The notes below the pieces were generated by a model. It was given only the letters and a program-made list of their open reading frames with translations. It was not told where the DNA came from and made no database searches. 17,578 nt of DNA from Candidatus Micrarchaeota archaeon (GTDB lineage Archaea; Micrarchaeota; Micrarchaeia; Norongarragalinales; SBBD01): contig JBBSVW010000082.1 of NCBI GenBank assembly GCA_038046605.1, positions 1-17,578 of the forward strand. Reading direction: 5' to 3'. Positions 1 through 7,589 of this stretch are shown here, piece after piece. Each line of letters starts with the position of its first letter. The first letter of the stretch is position 1. The position numbers and the translations under genes were made by a program.

Positions 1-2
1 CC

Positions 3-590
3 GGAAATTTGGTTGTTTTCGACCTCTCAAGCATAGTTAGCATCCAAAAGAAGCAAATAATCGTCTCTTACATTTCTGAAAAGATGTTTGCGCTTAGAAG
101 AAAGGAGGAACTTCCACCATATGTGATGATCGTTGAGGAGGCGCACAATTTCGCGCCGGAAAAAGCGGAAAAGAAATATGCGACCTCCAAGAGCATCATA
201 AACACGGTTGCACGGGAGGGAAGGAAATTCGGGGCGAGCCTTTGCCTAATTTCGCAGCGGCCAGTGCAGCTTTCCACAACGGCCCTTTCCCAATGCAACA
301 CCATGCTCATCATGCGAATAACAAATCCTTACGATTTGAAGCACATCGGCGAGAGCGCGGAAGCGATAGATGCCGATACGCAAAACCAGATCAGCTCGCT
401 TAGGGTTGGCGAAGGAGTAATCATCGGGGAAGCGGTAAATTATCCGGTTTTTGTGCGAATAAGGAACCGGAAGACCAAAAAGGCCGGGAAGGGCGAAACC
501 CTGGAAGATCTTGCGAAGAGGTTTGAGGAAAAACAATCACTCGCGGAGGCAATATCAGATGCGGATGTGAATGATGCGTTTTTGCAATAA
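3..590 (+). CDS. herA: HerA/FtsK-family ATPase (HerA helicase-like), C-terminal part; start lies upstream of the window
   Basis: Walker B MIVEEAHNF, REGRKFG arginine-finger motif, LISQRP and ALSQCNT are typical of HerA. The frame is open from the window edge to TAA at 588-590. Confidence 0.85.
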   Translation, partial: GNLVVFDLSSIVSIQKKQIIVSYISEKMFALRRKEELPPYVMIVEEAHNFAPEKAEKKYATSKSIINTVAREGRKFGASLCLISQRPVQLSTTALSQCNTMLIMRITNPYDLKHIGESAEAIDADTQNQISSLRVGEGVIIGEAVNYPVFVRIRNRKTKKAGKGETLEDLAKRFEEKQSLAEAISDADVNDAFLQ

Positions 591-656
591 CGAAGGCGGA
601 TGTAGCCCAATGGAAAAATCCTGGGTTTCGAACGTTTTGGAACAGCCTATGCGAAA

Positions 657-791
657 TTAGGTTTTTGCAGGTTTCAAGATAAAAACATCTCCTTTCACAA
701 ATATCTTCAGTTTCTTTGTCCCTAGTAATTTCCTCGCCCAAACCGGCAGGTAAATTTTCCCGTCTTTTTGCATAGTACAGGTACTTTTCAT
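657..791 (-). CDS. AbrB/MazE/SpoVT-family DNA-binding protein, 44 aa (not in ORF track)
   Basis: Manual translation MKSTCTMQKDGKIYLPVWARKLLGTKKLKIFVKGDVFILKPAKT* fits the AbrB swapped-hairpin pattern (G-x-I-x-[IL]-P-x-x-x-R-x-x-L-G ... GD-x-x-I-L-K-P). RBS GGGTGG lies 4 nt before the ATG. Confidence 0.8.
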   Translation of the reverse strand: MKSTCTMQKDGKIYLPVWARKLLGTKKLKIFVKGDVFILKPAKT

Positions 792-875
792 TAAACCACC
801 CAAGCCGCCGGTTCAACCCAAATCCCCAAAAAAAATAGCCTAAGTTTGCCCCTCCAAAAGCCTAAAATAAAAAAA

Positions 876-1139
876 CTACTCCCTTTGATTCCAAAGCATC
901 CGCTTCTTTTGCAATTGCTCTTTAGCCAAATTCAAAAGATGCGTGCCCAACCGGAGCGCCTCATCCGGCGATAATTTGAATCCTATTGTTCCAATCCCAT
1001 TCATCATCCGAAGGGTAATGATGCCATCCCTAGGGTAAGTGTTATTTACCGTTGGAGGATCAGTTTCCAGCCGAAGCGTGCTTTTATGTGATTCTGCCTT
1101 CTCATCCTTGAACCAATGGGTTATCTCATCTTCAATCAT
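876..1139 (-). CDS. Hypothetical protein, 87 aa (MIEDEITHWF...)
   Basis: RBS AGGTGA 7 nt before the ATG at 1139 and TTATATA box at 1192-1186. Composition looks like a normal globular protein. Confidence 0.75.
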   Translation of the reverse strand: MIEDEITHWFKDEKAESHKSTLRLETDPPTVNNTYPRDGIITLRMMNGIGTIGFKLSPDEALRLGTHLLNLAKEQLQKKRMLWNQRE

Positions 1140-1305
1140 ATGCGTTTCACCTGCGAAATGGGTACAGCTAGAGTGGGAAACCGAGTATATAAGCGATTTG
1201 AGGGGTGGGTTCGGGTGCCTTGAGAGGGATTTCAAACGCCTAAATAGGGGGTAATTATCTCCATGCTCCTACTTGCGTAAAATATATACACCATCCAGGA
1301 TTACA

Positions 1306-2172
1306 TTATTCAATATCGTTATACACATCGTATCTTGTAGGCGTATGCACCATCAAATGCTTAAGGGAAAGCAAGTCAACTTCGTGGCGGATACTGGAGG
1401 AGTGGTAGTTATACCTCATAAGGAGGGGGCTCTTTTGCTTCAACATTGAAACAATTTTTTCCCAAGCAGGCCTATTGGCAGGGCTATTAACTTGCGACAA
1501 AAAGCTAATCAATTCGTCCCTAGGCATAGCCGAAACTTCAAACCACGGAGTTACATCTATCTTTTTTTTAATTCTTGTATTCCGGTAATAAGCCATTAAT
1601 TCATCAGCTCCTTTAAACCCGATAATTTGCCCTCCCTGATTGAAAGAAATCCATTCATAATTAGGATTGCCGCTAAGCTTTCCGAGATGTTTTTGCAATG
1701 CGCCCGTATTTCCTAGCCATTTCTTCTTTTGCAAAATGGATGCTATACTTATTGCCTGATGGGGCGAAAACATTACAGGAAACTCCAACCCCTTGGCACC
1801 CGAATCAATTCTTTGAAGGAAGGAGGTGGCTATGGCCCTATACAATGCGCCAACGTCCTGTTTTGTAAGGTTTCCAGCTGTTTCCAACCTCTCCGAGAAG
1901 TCCTGCCAATCAGTAGTGGCAGGGATAACTGCTATTACCTCCGCAGCAAATCTGTGTAATTTTAATGCGTCCGATAAAGATTTGACCCTCTTTCCATTGC
2001 TGCCTGCAGCATCTTTCCACATCCTAGATTCCGCAAGATTTGCCTTTGCCGTTCCAGCCTCAGTTTCAAGATTCCTTATTTCAGTGCCTCGACTATAGCG
2101 ACCTCCCAAAAATCCACCCACTGAGGCAGCCCCCAATGCAATAATTTTTCCTATTGCCTCACGCCGTTTCAT
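1306..2172 (-). CDS. Hypothetical exported or membrane-anchored protein with twin-arginine-like N-terminus, 288 aa
   Basis: MKRREAIGKIIALGAASVGGFLGG N-terminus. TTTTATAT box about 25-30 nt upstream of the ATG at 2172. Long ORF with visibly AT-richer codons than its neighbours. Confidence 0.7.
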   Translation of the reverse strand: MKRREAIGKIIALGAASVGGFLGGRYSRGTEIRNLETEAGTAKANLAESRMWKDAAGSNGKRVKSLSDALKLHRFAAEVIAVIPATTDWQDFSERLETAGNLTKQDVGALYRAIATSFLQRIDSGAKGLEFPVMFSPHQAISIASILQKKKWLGNTGALQKHLGKLSGNPNYEWISFNQGGQIIGFKGADELMAYYRNTRIKKKIDVTPWFEVSAMPRDELISFLSQVNSPANRPAWEKIVSMLKQKSPLLMRYNYHSSSIRHEVDLLSLKHLMVHTPTRYDVYNDIE

Positions 2173-2221
2173 GGATAAACAATACACCTTAACGGATATA
2201 AAATACGCCAATACCGATGGA

Positions 2222-2833
2222 TCAAATATCCCGTAGTAGAATCAAATAAATCCTCCTCTTCCTCGCATTATTCTCATTTTCAATTTCAATTTTCACTTTG
2301 AAGCCAGCGTCCTTGAACGCTTTTCCCGCAAGCATCATCTCCTCCTCGCTTTTGGGATAGAATTGGATGAGCGCTTTGCCCCTTTTTTTCAAAACTCGGA
2401 AAAACTCATTTGCGGTTTGCTTCAAGTCAGATTTTCCTTGAGCCCCCATTCTGGAGCTTACCCATTGGAGGGCTGAAATGCTTACAACACCGTCGAATTT
2501 TGCTGCCTCAAAGGGCATCTCCCTCATGTCCCCCAAAACCACCTTGAGTTTTTTCTTTTTGGCAACTGCAAGGAGTTCTTTTGAAACATCAATTCCTTCC
2601 ACCGCAAACCCCAGCTTCTTCAAAATCACCATCCCAATGCCCGTTCCGCAGCCCACGTCGAGGAGTTTGGAATTTGGCGGGAATTGGATAAGCTGCAAGC
2701 CGCGCAGGAGTATTTTTTCCTGTATGTGCCTAATTACGTTTTTTTCGTAGCCGGCGCCTTCCGTCGCGTAGAACTCATCCGCCCTTCCGGCATATTTCTC
2801 CTCCGGCCTATCCCGCTTTATTTTCCAGCCCAT
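2222..2833 (-). CDS. Class I SAM-dependent methyltransferase, Bud23/WBSCR22-like
   Basis: SAM motif I LLDVGCGTG, plus GIDVS and GDM-x-x-MPF. Bud23-type motifs RPEE, HIQxK, SISALQW and QFYPK are present. Confidence 0.85.
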   Translation of the reverse strand: MGWKIKRDRPEEKYAGRADEFYATEGAGYEKNVIRHIQEKILLRGLQLIQFPPNSKLLDVGCGTGIGMVILKKLGFAVEGIDVSKELLAVAKKKKLKVVLGDMREMPFEAAKFDGVVSISALQWVSSRMGAQGKSDLKQTANEFFRVLKKRGKALIQFYPKSEEEMMLAGKAFKDAGFKVKIEIENENNARKRRIYLILLRDI

Positions 2834-2894
2834 ATCGGATTACTGGATTTATTTGAATAGGATTCATATTAAAGCGGGATGGGATAATTCATTT

Positions 2895-3251
2895 ATGCAG
2901 CAAATTGGGAGTGCTTCACGAAAACATGCGCTTTGGAAGGATTTCGAGGTGGCGGACACCCCCTGGAAGAAAACAAAGGGGATAATGCTAAGGAAGGAAT
3001 TGACTACGCCGCTCCTATTCGTTTTGGAGAAAGAGAGCATCGCAAGGGCGGCAATCCATTCCTATTTCTGCCTCATACCATTCGATGCCATTTTCCTTAA
3101 TGCCAAGCGCGAGGTGGTGGAAATAAAGGAAAACATCCCCCCTTGGAGAATCTACATTGCGCCCAAAAAACCCGCAAAATATTTCATAGAATGCGCAGGC
3201 GGGGAGGCAAAAAAGCGGGGGATAAGGATAGGGGAAAAATTGGAGTGGTAA
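2895..3251 (+). CDS. DUF192 (UPF0127) family protein
   Basis: EVADT...KGIM, LLFV, IHSYFCLIPFDAIFLN and KYFIE...GIRIGEKL match the DUF192 pattern. TATTAAA at 2867-2873. Confidence 0.85.
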   Translation: MQQIGSASRKHALWKDFEVADTPWKKTKGIMLRKELTTPLLFVLEKESIARAAIHSYFCLIPFDAIFLNAKREVVEIKENIPPWRIYIAPKKPAKYFIECAGGEAKKRGIRIGEKLEW

Positions 3252-3255
3252 AAAA

Positions 3256-3759
3256 ATGGTTGGACGAGAAATAGAACTTGACCCTTGCGAGGTTCTAATA
3301 TCCGAAGATCCGGATCAAACAATTAAAGCCAACCTGAGGATTTGCACGGCAGTATCATTTAATGTTAAGGGGACGGGCGGAGCCCTGATTCATGTCGCCA
3401 CGATTAGTCCGATGGGGAATTCTCTTATGAAAATAAAGACATTTTCCCGTAGTTTAAATTCCGGTTCGGTGCATCAATTTCCGGGACTTTCTGCAAATGA
3501 AATGATCAAGGCGGTAGTTTTAAGGCTAAGAAAAGTTCATAAAGTGAAGTCGAATCAAATTTCAGCCCATCTTATAATGGCGCCCAAGGCTATGCCCCTA
3601 ACCCCGGATTTCCTAGAAAATGCCATCAAAAGAGCAGGAATATCGGATATAACCAACCATTACTCGGTTACCGAGGTCAAATTCAATCCGGTTTCGGGAG
3701 TTTTACAGAAAAAGGTGAAATCTACCCAGCAGGGTCCGTTCATGCTGCCTGATTTTTGA
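3256..3759 (+). CDS. Divergent CheD-like (CNF1/YfiH-fold) putative glutamine deamidase
   Basis: LRICTAV...GGALIHV resembles CheD LGSCVAV...GAMAHV (Cys30/His46). PGLSANEMIKAVV resembles PGKYADTAVKTLV, and EVKFNPVSGVL resembles SVEYNIETGKL. Confidence 0.6.
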   Translation: MVGREIELDPCEVLISEDPDQTIKANLRICTAVSFNVKGTGGALIHVATISPMGNSLMKIKTFSRSLNSGSVHQFPGLSANEMIKAVVLRLRKVHKVKSNQISAHLIMAPKAMPLTPDFLENAIKRAGISDITNHYSVTEVKFNPVSGVLQKKVKSTQQGPFMLPDF

Positions 3760-4557
3760 TTATTTCTGCCTAAACTCAATTAATGTGGGATCTTTTAGGA
3801 AATCAAATAGCTCTGGCTTTTTCAGGAACAAGTCATATGTTTTGCCCTCCTCGATTTTAAGGGCAATTTGCGGGTTCGCGAGCCGGTTGAAGTCGTGCGC
3901 GGGCATCTCCCTTAGGACTTTTGCGCCGGTGTAGGCCATGTTGCGCTTCTTTTCGTTTTGCAAATAGTAGAACGCAGCGCCGCGCTTTTGCTTGTATGGC
4001 ATGTAATCGCTCTTGAATTTCCATTCGTTTAGGTTATCCATTACAAGCGTTTCACTTCCGGCGTTGATTGTGGTGTGCCCGAAGTTTGGGGGGATCAGCA
4101 CCTTATCGCCGGCCTTTGCATGCACCAGATAAACGCCAAGGACCTCATTACTAACCATCGATTGCTTTTGCTGGAGCAAATAGTGCGCCTCGCCGTGCAT
4201 GACCTCGTAAAGCTCAGGATAGGAAAGCTTGGAGGTTGCCATCTCGTGGTAATGCCCATAGGTTTTGTTGAATTCCGATCCGATCTTCATTGGCGGCAAA
4301 ACAGTAATGTCATATCGCAAATGGGAAGATTCAAAAAGTGCCGCATCCTCCTTTCGCTTGACATCCCGGAACATGTAATATAGCGGCATGTCCCCGGGAA
4401 TTGCGCGCGCCGCGGATACATCCGTTAGCACATCAAGCATCTGCCTAACGGTGCGCATTGCAACCGGATGCTTTTGCCCCTCAACCATAAGCTCGAACCT
4501 ATCCGTAAGCTCAAGCTGCATTGGGGGATTGACAAGTTCCATTTGAATCAGTTGCAT
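3760..4557 (-). CDS. pgi: Glucose-6-phosphate isomerase, cupin type
   Basis: LRYDITV, KTYGHYH, YPELYEVMHG and LIPPNFGHTTIN carry the cupin PGI metal ligands. GGTG RBS upstream. Confidence 0.9.
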   Translation of the reverse strand: MQLIQMELVNPPMQLELTDRFELMVEGQKHPVAMRTVRQMLDVLTDVSAARAIPGDMPLYYMFRDVKRKEDAALFESSHLRYDITVLPPMKIGSEFNKTYGHYHEMATSKLSYPELYEVMHGEAHYLLQQKQSMVSNEVLGVYLVHAKAGDKVLIPPNFGHTTINAGSETLVMDNLNEWKFKSDYMPYKQKRGAAFYYLQNEKKRNMAYTGAKVLREMPAHDFNRLANPQIALKIEEGKTYDLFLKKPELFDFLKDPTLIEFRQK

Positions 4558-4708
4558 TATTCAGGACACCAAACAATAAAAACCGGTTTGATTCTCAAAT
4601 CAAATTAAGGGGGTAGAGGCAATTCACGAATTGATTGGCAATTCGGGCATAAGTAAAAACAAATTCTGCGCTAATGCGAGTAGGGGATTACCCCCCTGAA
4701 GGTGTAAA

Positions 4709-4783
4709 CGGGCCCAGTGGGATTCGAACCCACGACCTACAGCTTAGAAGGCTGTCGCTCTATCCAGGCTGAGCTACGGGCCC
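4709..4783 (-). tRNA. tRNA-Arg (TCT), intronless, no encoded CCA
   Basis: Reverse complement GGGCCCGTAGCTCAGCCTGGATAGAGCGACAGCCTTCTAAGCTGTAGGTCGTGGGTTCGAATCCCACTGGGCCCG folds into a full cloverleaf. Anticodon loop CTTCTAA, T-loop TTCGAAT. Confidence 0.97.
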
Positions 4784-4902
4784 ATAATAACAAGGTCTAA
4801 GCACTCCGCAGCAGATTTTCCAATCCAAACAATAAAAACAGTACTATTATGTAGGGTTGGGCTAATCGGCAAACAAACAGGCAAATGGCAGCTAATTTGA
4901 CG

Positions 4903-5223
4903 CTAAATCCTAAGGACAACGCCAAACTGCTTGAAGAAGGCTATAAGAAGGGGTACATTCGCAGCGAACTGGATGAGCGCAACTGCGAATGCAAAGATGG
5001 CAAGGAGCCTAAGCTTTGGGTATTTGATCCAAAGCAGGTACGAAACTCCTGCCATTGGCGAAACAAGCGCCCATAGCAATAGCAATTTGAGCTCTTTATC
5101 CGAAAAGAGCATATCGATTTGCTCGGCTGCGCTTCCCACGGCGGAAAAGTCGTGGCTCCTAAACTGCATTAGGTTTTTTTCGCGGCCAAAAACGGAGCGT
5201 ATTGCGGAGAAGATATGGATCAC
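4903..5223 (-). CDS. Hypothetical small membrane protein (two hydrophobic segments); start uncertain
   Basis: Hydrophobic segments LLLLWALVSPMAGVSYLLW and LLAIFAFAVALIQFAANVPLLIAFF. Codons (CTT, GCA, AGG) are typical of this window. TTATATA box at about 5282-5276. Confidence 0.5.
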   Translation of the reverse strand: MIHIFSAIRSVFGREKNLMQFRSHDFSAVGSAAEQIDMLFSDKELKLLLLWALVSPMAGVSYLLWIKYPKLRLLAIFAFAVALIQFAANVPLLIAFFKQFGVVLRI

Positions 5224-5395
5224 TTTTTATTAAAAAAAACAAAATATTGCGGGGGAAAAAATCAATCAATTGCCGTATATAAGCTTTGGGGCAAAAAAAT
5301 CGCAAAATAAAATAAAAAATCAACTAATTGTGCTTTGGAAAAAGGGGAAATACAACCGGAAAACTTCGTGCCCGGGCAAAATACAACGGGAATAA

Positions 5396-6013
5396 TCAGT
5401 ACTCCGAGATGGTATGCCCCGTGTCGTTCAAAAGGGCGATCCGGACCTTTTTTCCGGTAACGTCCAGTATGTTCACGCAGGCATTGTTTTGGCGGAAATA
5501 GGCAAGTTTTGAAAGGGGAAGGCCAATCATGGAAGCAAGGATCACGCAATTTGTCCCGCCGTGCGCAACAACCGCAACGGTCTGGTTGGGGTGCGCCTTG
5601 AGAATTTGCCAAATGGCCCCCATGGCACGCGTTTGCACATGCTTCCAGCTTTCGCCGCCCTTTGGCATGAACTCATAGTCCACGTAATTTTCCTGCGCTA
5701 GGAGCCGCGGTTCGCTTTTCCTTGCCTTTGAAATTGTGACCCCCTCAAAAACGCCAAAGCTGCGCTCATTGAGTTCGGGAATTTTCCTAAGGGGCAAATG
5801 CTTGTGGTATTTTTGTATCTCTCTTGCGGTCATGATGGCGCGCTCCATGCCGCTCGAATAGAGGGCATCAATCCTGTCATCAGAAAGCCTCTTTCCTAGG
5901 TCTCGCGCCTGCTTCCTCCCAAATGCGGCAAGCTTTGCCTCAATGCTTCCCTGAATCCGCATTCCCCGGTTGTAGTTGGTTAGGCCGTGGCGCATGAGGA
6001 GGAGCCTTGTCAT
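5396..6013 (-). CDS. Histidine phosphatase / phosphoglycerate mutase-like family protein
   Basis: Catalytic RHG motif (LLLMRHG), LNERSFGVFEG, PKGGES and VVAHGG. RBS AGGTG before the ATG at 6013. Confidence 0.92.
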   Translation of the reverse strand: MTRLLLMRHGLTNYNRGMRIQGSIEAKLAAFGRKQARDLGKRLSDDRIDALYSSGMERAIMTAREIQKYHKHLPLRKIPELNERSFGVFEGVTISKARKSEPRLLAQENYVDYEFMPKGGESWKHVQTRAMGAIWQILKAHPNQTVAVVAHGGTNCVILASMIGLPLSKLAYFRQNNACVNILDVTGKKVRIALLNDTGHTISEY

Positions 6014-6117
6014 AAAAAACACCTAATGAAGATTAACAAAATGGAATGAGTATTGCAGATAATAATTACGAAATTATTGCATTTGCGCATTTAAGAGTAT
6101 GTTTTAGGGCGCAAAAT

Positions 6118-7290
6118 TCATCTCGTGGAAACTATTTTCACGATCTGGCCGTCATGAAGCTGCGCATCCTTGGAAATGCGCATCTTCTTTTCGGCATCAA
6201 TTGCATAAAGCATGTGCGTTGCAAGATCGGAGTGGATTTTCCCTGCAAAATCCTGCGCCCTGCCGCCATTTTCCATCAAAATCGCATCCGGCAATACCTT
6301 CCCGAAATGATTGGAAAAATGCACCTCGTCTTCAACGGGATAGACAACGATTTGATTGAGGAGACCAAAAGTGCAATAATCAATCAGCTCCTGAACGCCT
6401 GTAGATCCGAACTTATCGATCACATTGTGCTGGATTTTGGAAAGGGCATCCTTGATTGGCTGCGGCGAATTATTGTCAATGAGCTCGAATTTGCGCCCAT
6501 CGTACTTGACAATTCCCTTCTGGGCAGCTTTCCTTAGGGCAAGTTCCATATCAGCGGCAACTGGGAACACCGGATAGGAGGCAAAGCGCTCCTTTAGGGC
6601 GGCAACATTTTTTTGCCCGAACTCCGAATCGATCTTATTTGCGGCGATGGCTATTGGCTTGGTTTTTTTGCGGATGATCCTTGCAACTTCAAGGCATTCG
6701 TCTTTGCTCCACTCCCAGAATTTTTCCTCATCCAGCTCCAGATCGATTGCGGCATGCCTCATGACCTCGATTGGGATGCGTAGGCCGCTAAGAAGGGCTG
6801 CAAAATCCTCAAACTTCCTTCCCTTGGCCTTCTGGGCGTTGCGCTTGAAAACCTCAGCATACCAAAAATCAAGCTCTGATTCGATCAGGGCAACATCGCT
6901 GATAGGATCGTGCGTCCCTGGAGTGCAAGGGTTCCCGGCATCATCGCTCCCACCCGATACATCCGCAACCAGTATTGCGCAATCAGCAGCGGCTACATCA
7001 TTAAGGAACTGGTTCCCCATGCCCTTGCCCTCATGCGCCCCTTCCACCAGCCCCGCAACATCGAGGATGTTTATTGGGATTTTCCGAGTACCGTTTTCGC
7101 ATTTGCTGTTGTTTGGGTTGCACTCCTTTCCAAGGCGCACATGCGGGCATTCCCGCGAGCAGTAGGCAACCCCCTTGTTTGGATCAATTGTGGTGAAGGG
7201 GTAATTTGCAACGGCTGCATTTCCCAAAGTCAGGGCGTTGAAAAGCGTGCTTTTGCCCTTGTTTGGCGCGCCGATGATTGCAATCAACAT
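6118..7290 (-). CDS. ychF: Archaeal YchF/Ola1 Obg-family ATPase/GTPase with C-terminal TGS domain
   Basis: G1 GAPNKGKST, ANYPFTTI, DVAGLVEGAHEGKGMGNQFL, NKID, and TGS-domain KIHSDL. Confidence 0.93.
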   Translation of the reverse strand: MLIAIIGAPNKGKSTLFNALTLGNAAVANYPFTTIDPNKGVAYCSRECPHVRLGKECNPNNSKCENGTRKIPINILDVAGLVEGAHEGKGMGNQFLNDVAAADCAILVADVSGGSDDAGNPCTPGTHDPISDVALIESELDFWYAEVFKRNAQKAKGRKFEDFAALLSGLRIPIEVMRHAAIDLELDEEKFWEWSKDECLEVARIIRKKTKPIAIAANKIDSEFGQKNVAALKERFASYPVFPVAADMELALRKAAQKGIVKYDGRKFELIDNNSPQPIKDALSKIQHNVIDKFGSTGVQELIDYCTFGLLNQIVVYPVEDEVHFSNHFGKVLPDAILMENGGRAQDFAGKIHSDLATHMLYAIDAEKKMRISKDAQLHDGQIVKIVSTR

Positions 7291-7438
7291 GGAAAATCAC
7301 TCGAAACGATGCGGTTTGAATTGGAATGATTATTGAGGTTGGAACTTAGCCATCAAATGATGGAAATTCAATTACCCCCATCATCCCCAACCAAATTTTA
7401 AACCTAGTTCTGCTAGTATTGTGGGGGGAAAGGGTTTT

Positions 7439-7540
7439 ATGGAGGATCGGTTGGCTTTGCCCTACAAACGAAACGCGCTATTATTGGGCGCGCTCCTTGC
7501 AGCGGCAATATCCCCATACTATTTCATTTTAGGAAGGTGA
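7439..7540 (+). CDS. Putative 33-aa single-TM small protein (not in ORF track)
   Basis: Translation MEDRLALPYKRNALLLGALLAAAISPYYFILGR*. TTTTAAA box at about 7396-7402, G-rich RBS, and an alternative in-frame GTG at 7421. Confidence 0.4.
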   Translation: MEDRLALPYKRNALLLGALLAAAISPYYFILGR

Positions 7541-7589
7541 AAATAATCATTGGGCATCGGCTATTATCCGGCTTACTTTGTTGATTAAT

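Noticed and set aside
596-634. tRNA-like fragment GCGGATGTAGCCCAATGG...GGGTTTCGAA
   Set aside because: No D-stem closure, anticodon arm or acceptor 3' strand. It folds better as a simple hairpin (AGCCCA...TGGGTT) between convergent genes.
421-816. 131-aa minus-strand ORF from the track
   Set aside because: Overlaps herA by 170 nt. A different frame (657-791) has the RBS and a recognisable AbrB pattern.
4709-4783. tRNA-Arg as the attachment site of an integrated element
   Set aside because: No integrase and no duplicated tRNA 3' end seen in the window.
4885-5076. 63-aa charged, Cys-containing plus-strand ORF
   Set aside because: It is the same-register antisense of the hydrophobic ORF 4903-5223, which explains its K/E/D/N richness. 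It is disfavoured but not fully excluded.
6046-7329. Long plus-strand ORFs opposite ychF, and similar shadow ORFs opposite rfcL, DUF2070 and mre11
   Set aside because: Antisense shadows of well-supported genes, with no motifs or expression signals.
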